Shown here: piece after piece, positions 8,927 through 18,018 of the stretch
How the letters are laid out: the number at the start of each line of letters is the position of its first letter
Position numbering within the stretch: position 1 is the first letter of the stretch
IMG/VR virus record: IMGVR_UViG_3300044815_000174
Location: 1 to 51,868 of that record
Source: a virus
Lineage: Duplodnaviria > Caudoviricetes
Reading direction: 5' to 3' (one strand)
Length of the DNA: 51,868 bases
The notes under the pieces: generated by a model
What the model was told of the DNA's origin: nothing
The model's input: the letters and a program-made list of their open reading frames with translations, nothing else
The model's database searches: none
Translations under genes and position numbers: made by a program

Positions 8927-11485
8927 ATGAAAAGATTTCTTTTGGTAACAATCTTCACCGTGCTGTGTGCCAGCATGGCTTGGGGACAATCAACGCCAGG
9001 CACTGTGCGCTTCCCGAATAATCTGGACGATCAGGATTCGCTGATTCGAGTCAAAGACAATTCACGTGCTCTGCTCACTGTGAGCATGACGACCGGCAGC
9101 GCGCAGGTAACGGTGGATAGCACCGCCAGCTTTGCGGCAACCGGGGTCTTACAGCTTGATAACGAGCAGATCGCTTATACGGCGAAAATCTCGACAGCAT
9201 TTACGGGATTGACGCGGGGTGCTTTTGGAACTACAGCCGCAACGCATACGATCAATACTTCGGTGCGCGGCGTGATCGCAGCGATTCATCATACGGTGCT
9301 GGCCGACGCACTGCGCGCTATTGAAGCGAAACTCGGCCTTGGTACAGGCGCCCCGCTTTCGAGTTACGTTCTCGTCGGCACGCCAAGTGGAAGCGTATGG
9401 CGACTGTTAACATCTTCGGACGTGCCGACCGCATTACCGAATCGCGTGCTGACGACTCCAATAATTAATGGCGGCACGATCAATGGCAGCGCAATCAATT
9501 CATCAACACTTGAAACGCCGATGATCAACAATCCGACGATCAACGGCGCGCTGACGCTGCCAGCGACAGTCAACGTCACGACGGTCAACGCGACGAACGG
9601 CAATTTTACCAACGTCACCGGCAACGGTGCCGGCCTCACAGGTGTCGTTGGTTCCGGCACTGTGCAGATGATCAACCCGACGAATACGACTTTGGGCGCG
9701 GACTCCGACAACAACGGCAGCGGCATCCTCGATTTGCAAATGCGTGGCGCGACCTCACAGCGCATCAATAACGACGGCAGCGTGACCTTCTTTACTCCCC
9801 TCACCGGAACGACGAGTTTCTTTTACGACAAGGGCGCGACCGTCTATGACGTGCGAGCTTTCGGCGCGACCCCCAACAACAGCACAGACTCCGACACGGT
9901 GGCGATTCAGGCAGCGATCACTGCGGCGAGCACGGCGGGCGGAGGCACTGTACTGCTCAAAGGCGGCATCTTCGATGTTACGAAAAGCACAACTATCTTG
10001 GACGAGAATCTGTGCCTGTATATGGGCAGCAACGTTCATTTGCAGATTGATACTTCTGCAACTCTGCGCGTCAAGTCAGGCCAGCTTACAGGCACGACGC
10101 CCTCTTCCTATTTGCACCTCTTAGTCGTCAACGGCGACCGGATGCTGATTGACGGCGGCGGGCGCATGACGGGAAACACCGCGGGTCAGACAGGTTATTC
10201 GGGAGGCTTCACGCAGAGCGGCTCCAACTTAATCACAGGCGGCGGAACCAACCTGACGATCAAAGACCTGACGATGGACGATAATTTCGGGAACCCCATC
10301 AATTTGCAAAACAGCGATGCCTCGCGGGGCCGAAACGTGCGTATCGAGAATATCAGTTGCGACAATGTTGGCGAGGGCATTCAGGTCACGCGCACGGACG
10401 GCGTGACCATCGCGCACATTTTTCAACGCAACACAAATAGCGTGCAGCAGGGAGATGCGGTTGAGGTGGGAAATTGCACAGACTTTGTGATTGACGATAT
10501 TCATTTTTCCAATATGACGGGTATTGATATTTTCTGCTCACAAAAGGGAACAGTCTCAAACTTCGTGGGACAGAATGTTTCACCCGGCATTGAGATTCAT
10601 GACTTCGGCATTGATAATGGTGGGCCATCAACGGATGTCGATGTGGTCAACGGCCTTATCATTGAGTCCAATGCCGGGGATGCGAACAACATTCAGGCGG
10701 TTGTGCTCGACAGCCAGGACGGCAGCCTGCGAAACATCAATCTCTCGAATGTCACGGTGCGCGGCAACTCTTCCACGTACGCCTTTCTTATCGGAAATAA
10801 TATTCCCAGTCTGGGACCCATCACCTTGTCGAATTGCAATTCGTTTGGCAGTGCGAAAGGGCTGAGTATCGGCACTGTAGATCATGTGACAGTGACGGGC
10901 GGGAACTTCAACGACGGCGTGAACACTGTTGGCAGCGGCACACCTCATGCAGCGCACGGCATCAGTTACGAAGGAGCGCTGCACGCAACTTCATCTTCTC
11001 AGACCGCGCAACTCAATCTTTCTGGCGTGACGGCGACAGGAAACAGCGGTTACGGGTTCTCCATGAACGATGGCGATAGTTCAAGCTACGACGCCTATGC
11101 CCCGTCAGGTTCGATCACGTCTTGTAATTTTCAGAATAATACGTTGGGCATGTTTTCGGCAGGGGACACGGCGAGTTTGTCACGACTATCAATCACGAAC
11201 AACACGCCTCGAGTATCACCTGTCTTCTACAATGGCAGTCCGATTGGACTTTGGAGCATCATGCAGCCCGTCAACGGCTCTGGCACCAACTCGACGATGA
11301 CGTCTCTGAGCAATCCCTCTTTCCAGCAACAGATAATTTTGCAATTCACAGAGGATAAGATTATTCCTGATTCCGCGCCTTTCGATCTCGCCGGATCGGG
11401 CAGTGTGCAGTTCCACGCCGACCAGTGGCTCTGCTTAGTGTGGGACGGGAGCGTCTGGCATGAATTGTGGAGGCGCACGACTTAA
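8927..11485 (+). CDS. Tailspike / receptor-binding protein with pectin-lyase-like beta-helix; signal-peptide-like N-terminus
   Basis: YDVRAFGA...DTVAIQAAI...GGGTVLL followed by Asn/Gly/Thr-rich beta-helix repeats. FTGLTRGAFGTTAATH anchor motif. GAGGTG ribosome-binding site before ATG 8927. Confidence 0.85.
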   Translation: MKRFLLVTIFTVLCASMAWGQSTPGTVRFPNNLDDQDSLIRVKDNSRALLTVSMTTGSAQVTVDSTASFAATGVLQLDNEQIAYTAKISTAFTGLTRGAFGTTAATHTINTSVRGVIAAIHHTVLADALRAIEAKLGLGTGAPLSSYVLVGTPSGSVWRLLTSSDVPTALPNRVLTTPIINGGTINGSAINSSTLETPMINNPTINGALTLPATVNVTTVNATNGNFTNVTGNGAGLTGVVGSGTVQMINPTNTTLGADSDNNGSGILDLQMRGATSQRINNDGSVTFFTPLTGTTSFFYDKGATVYDVRAFGATPNNSTDSDTVAIQAAITAASTAGGGTVLLKGGIFDVTKSTTILDENLCLYMGSNVHLQIDTSATLRVKSGQLTGTTPSSYLHLLVVNGDRMLIDGGGRMTGNTAGQTGYSGGFTQSGSNLITGGGTNLTIKDLTMDDNFGNPINLQNSDASRGRNVRIENISCDNVGEGIQVTRTDGVTIAHIFQRNTNSVQQGDAVEVGNCTDFVIDDIHFSNMTGIDIFCSQKGTVSNFVGQNVSPGIEIHDFGIDNGGPSTDVDVVNGLIIESNAGDANNIQAVVLDSQDGSLRNINLSNVTVRGNSSTYAFLIGNNIPSLGPITLSNCNSFGSAKGLSIGTVDHVTVTGGNFNDGVNTVGSGTPHAAHGISYEGALHATSSSQTAQLNLSGVTATGNSGYGFSMNDGDSSSYDAYAPSGSITSCNFQNNTLGMFSAGDTASLSRLSITNNTPRVSPVFYNGSPIGLWSIMQPVNGSGTNSTMTSLSNPSFQQQIILQFTEDKIIPDSAPFDLAGSGSVQFHADQWLCLVWDGSVWHELWRRTT

Positions 11486-11563
11486 CTCTTTTTGAATAAA
11501 ACTACTCTGTGATAGCATCTCACCTCAAGCAGGTTCTCCTTGCAGGAGTTTCTTGGGGGGCGT

Positions 11564-11614
11564 AAAAAGCCGAGATCGGGCGCTTGGGAGTGCCTGTCTC
11601 GGCTTTTTCTTTTT
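11564..11614. terminator. Bidirectional intrinsic terminator ending the late operon
   Basis: AAAAAGCCGAGA (11564-11575) pairs with TCTCGGCTTTTT (11597-11608), with an inner stem and a following T-tract. Confidence 0.85.
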
Positions 11615-11680
11615 AGATAGACCTCCGGCTCAGCCTGCCGAAACACACTTTGATTAGAGATTAAATTTTATTGCTAGGCT

Positions 11681-11857
11681 TTACTCTCTGTCCAAGCGAT
11701 AGCTACGAAGGAGCGATTTAACAAGTGCAAAGCAAAGGGATGCCAGCCACTCTTCATTGCCGAAAAGATAATGAGACAGCACTTGTACGAATACGATTTG
11801 GACGCACTCGTTTTCAAAAAACGAACGCACTTCGTGTGAGGTCAAACTGTTGGCCAT
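11681..11857 (-). CDS. 58-aa small protein (MANSLTSHEV...YRLDRE), absent from the ORF track
   Basis: AGAGGG ribosome-binding site, its own extended -10 (TGATATAAT, 11989-11997, minus strand) and a structured leader. Confidence 0.55.
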   Translation of the reverse strand: MANSLTSHEVRSFFENECVQIVFVQVLSHYLFGNEEWLASLCFALVKSLLRSYRLDRE

Positions 11858-12028
11858 GATAAGGCCCTCTTTTCTAAGAACGCCACTCGTTTTAATTGGA
11901 GTTTACTCGAGGATTAAACGCTGGTGTTCTGTGAGTATTTGTTGCGGGAGGTCAACATTTGAGGCAGTGAAGGCCTCAAGGTAACTTCATTATATCAATT
12001 TTTACCAGTGGAATGAAAGAGGGGCAGA

Positions 12029-12047
12029 AACTAAAACGTTTTAGGTC
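12029..12047. repeat. Dispersed palindrome, copy 1
   Basis: AACTAA-AACGTT-TTAGGTC, abutting the Rep1 stop codon. Confidence 0.8.
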
Positions 12048-13038
12048 ACTTCCCTTCTCTTAACTTTGGATGGTTGCACTTTGCGACGCCGCCGCTCGTT
12101 CCGTTCGGATACCAGAAGCCGCTCCCCTGACAATCCGTGCACTGGCTCGCGTCAACAGCGGTCGTCGCTGTGACGGGCGAAAGAAACGCGGCAATGCTGG
12201 CGTCAGCTTCACCTGTGCGATAGATGGTTGTGGCATAGCCTCCTGGGTTCTTGATCCCCTGCCCTGTCGATTGAAGATGTCTCGCATACCGCTGGCATTC
12301 TTCCGGCGAAAATTTAGAACCCACACTCACACTCGCCGGAGGCGGAGGCTGCTCCTGTGTTTGTGTGTTTTCTTTTAATGTATTTCTTTTATTGTGTGCC
12401 TGTGGAAGCTGCCTGCTCTGTGGCGACTGGCTGCTTCGTCGCGGCTGGCTGCTCGGAGCGGACACCCTGAAATCAATTCCCTGCTTTTTACCGTAACCCA
12501 ATTCCATGCCCAGTTTTTCGATCAACCCTTTCGCCCGTAACTTGCCCAGAGTTTTCTTGACTGTGCTTTCAGACATCCCTGTTCGCTCGGCTAACTTGGG
12601 ATTACTGATGGAACAAATGGGTTTGTTGAATCCCCAGGACAGTCTGTAGAGCTGTAGATACACTGCTTGCTCAAAAGGGTCGAGTAATCTAAAAAGGTGA
12701 TCTACAAGCTGATGCGGCAATTCCAGATGTCCAACAACTTCAGGTAATGAGGCGAGTAGATTAACTGATATATGCCTGTCCTGTGGCGGCTGGCTGCTCT
12801 CTGGCACCTGGCTGCTCTCAGGAAGCTGGCTGCTCTCGCGCCCGCCATGTGGCAGGGCTAAAAGCTGGCTGCTCTCTGGCGACTGGCTGCTTTTTAACGG
12901 CTGGCTGCTCTCATAGACCTGGCTGCTCTGTGGCGGCTGGCTGGTATCTTCGAGGTGTTGTGTTTCAGATTGGACTTTTGACTGATCCTTTTCTTTCTCA
13001 TATTGAGCATTGACCAGTCGGGCGAATCTACTGCTCAT
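12046..13038 (-). CDS. Plasmid-type replication initiator Rep1 (winged HTH plus C-terminal CxxC/CxH domain)
   Basis: LDPFEQAVYLQLYRLSWGF...ISNPKLAERTGMSESTVKKTLGKLRAKGLI winged HTH. Intragenic iterons with an adjacent AT-rich tract. Confidence 0.75.
   Translation of the reverse strand: MSSRFARLVNAQYEKEKDQSKVQSETQHLEDTSQPPQSSQVYESSQPLKSSQSPESSQLLALPHGGRESSQLPESSQVPESSQPPQDRHISVNLLASLPEVVGHLELPHQLVDHLFRLLDPFEQAVYLQLYRLSWGFNKPICSISNPKLAERTGMSESTVKKTLGKLRAKGLIEKLGMELGYGKKQGIDFRVSAPSSQPRRSSQSPQSRQLPQAHNKRNTLKENTQTQEQPPPPASVSVGSKFSPEECQRYARHLQSTGQGIKNPGGYATTIYRTGEADASIAAFLSPVTATTAVDASQCTDCQGSGFWYPNGTSGGVAKCNHPKLREGK
12366..12455. promoter_or_regulatory. Putative plasmid origin: three 18-bp iterons plus AT-rich unwinding element
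   Basis: CTG(G/C)CTGCT cores at 12409, 12427 and 12445, next to the AT-rich tract at 12366-12393. Confidence 0.6.
12783..12945. repeat. Eight-copy 18-bp iteron array inside rep1
   Basis: CTGGCTGCT cores (the last is CTGGCTGGT) at 12790, 12808, 12826, 12865, 12883, 12901, 12919 and 12937; they encode the SSQ repeats. Confidence 0.9.
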
Positions 13039-13838
13039 ATCGCTACCTCTGGGGCCGTGTCATCAATCATTTCTGATGTAACCTTGTTGCTTCCTTCCAT
13101 GTTCATCATTTGATAGGCCAAGGCGCAGATCTTCAGGATGTTCCGGGGAATACCTTTTGAATGGAAGTAGATGCGCTCCATCGCGCTCCGGTCGAATGGA
13201 TTCGGAATCGCCATAAACTTACAACGATGCACGATCATTTCAACCGTTTCGTCCTGCGTGAGCGGGTCAAGCACCGAGTAAGTTGAAATTCGAGAGTACA
13301 GCGCTTTGTTTTTCTGTGTATTGAGCTTGTCGCGCAACTCCAGTTGACCGGCGAGTGCGATCTGAATCAGCTTGTGTTGATGCGTCTCATAGTTAAGAAG
13401 GGCGCGAATCAGCTCGAGCTGGTGATTATTGAGAATTTGAGCTTCATCAATAAACAGAACGACATTTTTGCCGGTCTCATAAGTTGTTAAGAGCCATTCC
13501 TGAAGAGCATCCTGTTGAGCGATGAAACTGCGCAGCGGCTCGATCCCCAAATCGCTGCAAATATATTTCAGCATCGCAAAGATGGAAGGGAACTTTGGTG
13601 TCGGAATAAGGGTCGCGATGATGTTATCTTTCGCCGCATATTCGCTGTACAGAAAGCGTAAAACAGTTGACTTGCCCATGCCCACATCGCCTAAAGCCGC
13701 GCAGGTCAGTCCCTGGCGCTGATCGATTGTGAACTTGGCCTTGACCATCACAGCGCGTAGTGACGGAGTGATATACAAACTGTTTGGGTTCGGGGAAATA
13801 GAGAATGGAGTGTCTTCAATTATTGGAGGTGCTTTCAT
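13035..13838 (-). CDS. ExeA/GspA-like AAA+ ATPase, translationally coupled to rep1
   Basis: PFSISPNP, Walker A GDVGMGKST, Walker B VVLFIDEAQ, LAGQLEL and SKGIPRNI motifs. ATGA overlap with rep1. Confidence 0.88.
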   Translation of the reverse strand: MKAPPIIEDTPFSISPNPNSLYITPSLRAVMVKAKFTIDQRQGLTCAALGDVGMGKSTVLRFLYSEYAAKDNIIATLIPTPKFPSIFAMLKYICSDLGIEPLRSFIAQQDALQEWLLTTYETGKNVVLFIDEAQILNNHQLELIRALLNYETHQHKLIQIALAGQLELRDKLNTQKNKALYSRISTYSVLDPLTQDETVEMIVHRCKFMAIPNPFDRSAMERIYFHSKGIPRNILKICALAYQMMNMEGSNKVTSEMIDDTAPEVAI

Positions 13839-14116
13839 AAACGCTGCTTATATCAGATTTGAGCATTGCCGACAATTATAATTTCAATGATAGGCTATCA
13901 AAACTCTGTTAATTCTCAAGTTTTTGAGAGGGCATTTCATGAACTGGAATTGGTTCACGTCTGTGATCGGTAGCAGGTATATGCTTTCACATAAAGCGTT
14001 TTGTCCCGCTATTAACCCAAAACTTTTTGGATGGGCGTTTTCACGGCTATGTTACACGCGCACAATGCAAACCGGATAAGTGGTTTATCTTACATAGCCG
14101 GATAGCCTGCCACGCA

Positions 14117-14142
14117 TTTCCGATAATGCATCTTTTCAGAAA
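14117..14142. promoter_or_regulatory. Tyrosine-recombinase-like core site (candidate dimer-resolution site)
   Basis: TTTCCGATAA-TGCATC-TTTTCAGAAA: imperfect inverted arms around a 6-bp spacer. Confidence 0.3.
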
Positions 14143-14772
14143 ACTCCAGCCTTGAATCGAAGGCTCAAATACCGATTTTGACTCTCTCGGAAGGGAAGGA
14201 CGCATCTGCCGATAAAGCACATCGCTCCCTGAGTTTAAGCCCGCTCGTCAGAGCCGAATGAGCGGTGACAAGATGGCGTTGACAAAACAGGCCAAAAGAG
14301 GGGTCTATTGACAAAGATAAGTTTCGCAAACAAAAGATTTAAGTGCTGTAAAAGTGGGTTGTCACAAGTCCCGTTTGCTTCTTAAAACTCGTAATATATA
14401 GGGACAAAAGCATTTGTGGCAGAGCAAGGGAGTCAATTTCTATTTCGTATCTTGCATAGTCGGCCAGTTTTTGCGTTGACAGGGAATTGACAGGTTTTCG
14501 AGCTTCGGTGAGAGTGGTGATGGCCCGTGGAAATTGCGGGCGTTGGCGGATGAAGGCTGGAGGCGGGCATCTGATAGGGTTGGGGTCGAGTCGGCGTGCG
14601 TGAGCGTTTGGCTGTCCGGCGGTCAGTTGAGGTGTTGCAACAGGTACAGCAGCAAATTAAACGGCAAGGCAGGGAATCATGGCTTGAGTGGCGGTTGTCC
14701 GAAGCGAATCGGTGCTGGAGGTGTCATGGGTGATAAGTGGAAGCCGAGGCGCAAAAGTTGAAATCGGAGTAA

Positions 14773-14900
14773 GGTCAAAAATTGACCGCGGGTAAAAGGT
14801 CAAAAAATGGACTGTCGGGGTATTTGAATCAGGTCAAAATTTGGGCTAACAGGTCAAAAGTTGGACTTTAGGGCTATTTGAGGGAGGTCAAAAATTGACC
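14773..14900. repeat. Five-copy GGTCAAAA-based repeat array in non-coding DNA
   Basis: Copies at 14773, 14798, 14832, 14852 and 14886; the first and last are GGTCAAAAATTGACC. Confidence 0.85.
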
Positions 14901-14909
14901 TGACCGTTG

Positions 14910-15293
14910 TTAATTGTTATGTGCCTGTGCGCGGCGGGTGGATAAGCCCGCCAATTCTTGCGGCGTTAGGGGTCGTGTCAGATGGAGTGCCGAAGCGGAT
15001 TGATAGGCTTGTGACTGATCTTCGACGCCGACGCCTTCAAGCATTGCAACGAGTTGCTCTGTGATGAGCTGCTGGGCGGCATCGGGAAGGTTCTCAATGG
15101 GCTGCGGTTGGTATCTCCGGTTCAAGACGGAAATGGAAGCGTGCCAGCTTGGATCGCCGCCGAACAGATTACAGGTCAGGACAGTGCCGAGGAATAATTT
15201 GCCAACGTGAACCTGCTTGGCGAAGCGGCGGTTGAGCATGTCGAATGGAGTAGCGACCGGAGAGTTGTATGCGATGCGTTGCTGGTCTTTCAT
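14910..15293 (-). CDS. Hypothetical protein
   Basis: ORF with an AGGAG ribosome-binding site upstream of MKDQQRIAY. Confidence 0.65.
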   Translation of the reverse strand: MKDQQRIAYNSPVATPFDMLNRRFAKQVHVGKLFLGTVLTCNLFGGDPSWHASISVLNRRYQPQPIENLPDAAQQLITEQLVAMLEGVGVEDQSQAYQSASALHLTRPLTPQELAGLSTRRAQAHNN

Positions 15294-15431
15294 GGCAAAT
15301 AATCTCCTGTCCAAAGCAAAATGCCCAGCCGGTGTGAAACGGACAGTTCTCAGTATATGCGTTGTTTCATCTGTGATACAAGCGGCTCATAAAATTCGAG
15401 GAGCCGCAATTTCTGCGACTCCTCTTGGTGC

Positions 15432-15458
15432 GCCCACTTAAAACCGTTTTATGTGGGC
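15432..15458. repeat. Dispersed palindrome, copy 2
   Basis: GCCCACTTAA-AACCGTT-TTATGTGGGC, downstream of the ShosT-like gene. Confidence 0.8.
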
Positions 15459-15493
15459 AGTTGTTTTACTCACACTTGTGCGAGGGCCGTAGG

Positions 15494-16762
15494 TTACTGT
15501 CGTTTTTGCATGACAGGATAAGGTTCATTCGTGAGCCATTTAGTAAAGGACTTTTTCATTATTTGCAATGCATCTGAATTTCTACTAATTGGAATTGGTG
15601 TCAGTGAAAATAAATCGTTGAAGTCATAATCATTACTATGAAACGGTGTTATTTGATCGTCACCCTTCAACTCATGAAGGACATACGGCATTGGGTATTT
15701 ACCAATGGTTAATAATACTGTTTGGCGCACCCCCGCCTCCTTGAGCAAGTTTCTGGCCCACTCCAATGAGCTTCCGGTGGTAGTGAAATCATCAACCACC
15801 ACAATGGAACGGCCATCCAGCTTGCTTATGTAATCTGGGTGAAGGTGAACAGTGTTAGTTTGGTTAGTGTTTGGTATGTTGGGGACACGCCCCGCCCTCG
15901 TAGCCTTAGCCTTTTCAAGGCTGCTGTCAACCGCCTGCTTAGCGCGGAAAAGTAAATCCTCTTTGAAGTAGCCGTGGAAAATTTTCGAAACTGGTTTTAA
16001 GAAGTCTTTGAGAAGTGGGCTGATCTTGCCAGGCGTGCTGCTGGGATAAACTGCGAAATAAGAATTCCGAGATATTAAGCCCTCAAGATAGAGGCTTGTG
16101 ATTGCATGAAGCATCAACAGGTCCCGTGCGCCATACTTACCGACTTGGACTTTATTCTCATAGGTAAAAATGTCTTGTAATGTAAAAGACGGTGGGATAG
16201 TGGGCCTAGGGGTGTCAGTTTTGCTCGCTGGTAGTCTGGCATTGGACCCGAGCAAACTACGCACGTGCAGGTGTAACTCTGGAATATCCAATGAATATTC
16301 CCATCGTGGAGGGGTTAAAAGAAAATGCGTTATGAATCGCCAAATGGCTTCCGGCTCGTCGGTAGCTATCGCTGTGACCCCTTGCGGCAAAGCCGCGGCC
16401 CATTTTGCATGTATATAAATGGTTGGGGTATTGATAGCAGATCGCCAGTCTCGCGAATCGTCTCCTACCATTAAGAAATTGTTTTGGCTTACATTAAATC
16501 TCCGCGCAGTTTCATAAATCCATTCCGGTGATCCTTTACGTTTGCCTGTATCCTTTTCAGTGATAATTAGATCAGGACGGGGCAACCCCATCTGGTCGAA
16601 TTTCAAATTAAAATCTTGGGGATGTGTCGAGAAGACTATAAGCTTTAATCCATGAGATTTGATTTGCGTGAGAAGTTGCTGAAGACGAGCCAGAAGCTTT
16701 GGAGCGGGTTGGCTTAGCAACAGGCAGCTATAATCAAAGATGACACCAGTGAGGGTTGTCAC
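15494..16762 (-). CDS. shosT: HAD-hydrolase + phosphoribosyltransferase protein (ShosT-like toxin)
   Basis: N-terminal HAD motifs (VIFD, K-G-P, MVGDDSRD) and the PRPP-binding motif IVVVDDFTTTGSSL. Adjacent to a DprA-like gene. Confidence 0.78.
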   Translation of the reverse strand: MTTLTGVIFDYSCLLLSQPAPKLLARLQQLLTQIKSHGLKLIVFSTHPQDFNLKFDQMGLPRPDLIITEKDTGKRKGSPEWIYETARRFNVSQNNFLMVGDDSRDWRSAINTPTIYIHAKWAAALPQGVTAIATDEPEAIWRFITHFLLTPPRWEYSLDIPELHLHVRSLLGSNARLPASKTDTPRPTIPPSFTLQDIFTYENKVQVGKYGARDLLMLHAITSLYLEGLISRNSYFAVYPSSTPGKISPLLKDFLKPVSKIFHGYFKEDLLFRAKQAVDSSLEKAKATRAGRVPNIPNTNQTNTVHLHPDYISKLDGRSIVVVDDFTTTGSSLEWARNLLKEAGVRQTVLLTIGKYPMPYVLHELKGDDQITPFHSNDYDFNDLFSLTPIPISRNSDALQIMKKSFTKWLTNEPYPVMQKRQ

Positions 16763-16778
16763 TTATTTCTCCTTCGAC

Positions 16779-17978
16779 TTATGCAGCTTTGGATTTTGCC
16801 GCTTTCCTGATGGCTTTTACAAGATGTCGGATGTCGAGTTCCGAAGCTGTGCGGTAACTGATTTCCCTGACGACTTTTCTTTCAAGCGCGGCAAGTGCAT
16901 AAGTTTTTAGTTTGTGGGAGCGTGCCAGCTTGCGGAAAATCTGATCGAGTTGCTTTGAACCTTTCTGGCTAAAGATGTCGATAATTGTAGAACCGCCCGC
17001 TCGAAGATCGTCGAGAATACCGTTAGCACCTTTCCAGTTGATCCCAATTACTTCACGTTTATACTTGCGCGCCCAGCGAATGGTGTGAGCTGTGCCGCCC
17101 TGGAGATTTGCTTCAACGGGAATAACAATGCTGGCGAGCGCCGCTTGCAGGCGATTCCGTTCGACAAAGAATGCCTTTTGATAGTGCTCGGTAGGCAGGT
17201 ATTCAGTAACAACTGCACCGCCTTTATCAACTATCTGTTTCCTGAGATCAGCAGTGGCCATCGGAAAAGTGAAATCTATGCCGTGGCCAAGAAAGGCGAC
17301 GTTCTTAACGCCATCACCCAGGGATTCGCGATGTGCGGACTCGTCAATGCCTTCCGCAAGTCCAGAAACAAGCGTGATTGGATATGGTGAAAGAAGTCTG
17401 GTGACGTAAATGGCGGCAGTCTTGCCGCGCTCAGTGGGATTCCTGGTTCCGACTACAGCGACGACCGCTTTGTGATAGAGAACACTCGGATCGCCTTCGA
17501 CGAAAAGCCAGCGTGGGTAATCGGGGATTTTCCGCAAGCTGGCCGGCAGTTTCTTCAAGGGAATGATGGTCACTCCCTTTTGCTGTAATTCGTAAAGCTG
17601 CTCTCCGGCCTTTTCGAGAAGGATTTCCGAATCAGCTTGGATAGCAGTGAGAATTTTATCAGCGCTAGGCGTCTTGGCTGCTATCAGTGCTTGATGTACC
17701 CGCGGAGATGGCGCTTTCCAGACATTGCTTAAATTCCCCTTGAACTCATCAACAAGGGCTATCAAACCTTTACGACCCAGTCCAGCAATGCTGCTGAGCG
17801 CTAGAAGCGTGAATTCAAATGAAGTGGTTCCAGTGTCTGGTTTATGCCCTACTTCGAAAAGCTGATCATCAGAAATGGAGTCAATGTTCATCACACCGCC
17901 GCTGCCTGTCTCCTCGGCTGAACGGTCGCTCTCGTTGAGAATGTTGGTGTGGGCGGGCATGTGCATGGCCGAATTCAC
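16779..17978 (-). CDS. shosA: DprA/Smf-like protein (ShosA-like antitoxin)
   Basis: VAVVGTRNPT, LVSGLAEGIDESAH, ERNRLQAAL and EANLQGGTAHT motifs. Start may be nearer 17892. Confidence 0.8.
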   Translation of the reverse strand: MNSAMHMPAHTNILNESDRSAEETGSGGVMNIDSISDDQLFEVGHKPDTGTTSFEFTLLALSSIAGLGRKGLIALVDEFKGNLSNVWKAPSPRVHQALIAAKTPSADKILTAIQADSEILLEKAGEQLYELQQKGVTIIPLKKLPASLRKIPDYPRWLFVEGDPSVLYHKAVVAVVGTRNPTERGKTAAIYVTRLLSPYPITLVSGLAEGIDESAHRESLGDGVKNVAFLGHGIDFTFPMATADLRKQIVDKGGAVVTEYLPTEHYQKAFFVERNRLQAALASIVIPVEANLQGGTAHTIRWARKYKREVIGINWKGANGILDDLRAGGSTIIDIFSQKGSKQLDQIFRKLARSHKLKTYALAALERKVVREISYRTASELDIRHLVKAIRKAAKSKAA

Positions 17979-18018
17979 TGGTTTAACGCCGCAAGGCGCT
18001 TGAGGTTATCAGAATTTA

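Noticed and set aside
8927-11485. Diversity-generating retroelement or invertible tail-fibre system
   Set aside because: No reverse transcriptase, template/variable repeat pair or invertase was seen.
12783-12945. Periodic repeats here and at 36720-36846 and 14773-14900 as CRISPR arrays
   Set aside because: Periods of 18-34 bp are too short, two arrays lie inside rep genes, and no cas genes are present.
13035-13838. Type II secretion ExeA or Tn7/Mu transposition ATPase
   Set aside because: No secretion genes, peptidoglycan-binding extension or transposase; it is coupled to a Rep instead.
16779-17978. Competence DprA with ComF
   Set aside because: The partner has HAD plus PRTase domains and the pair is an AT-rich cassette, which fits ShosTA better.
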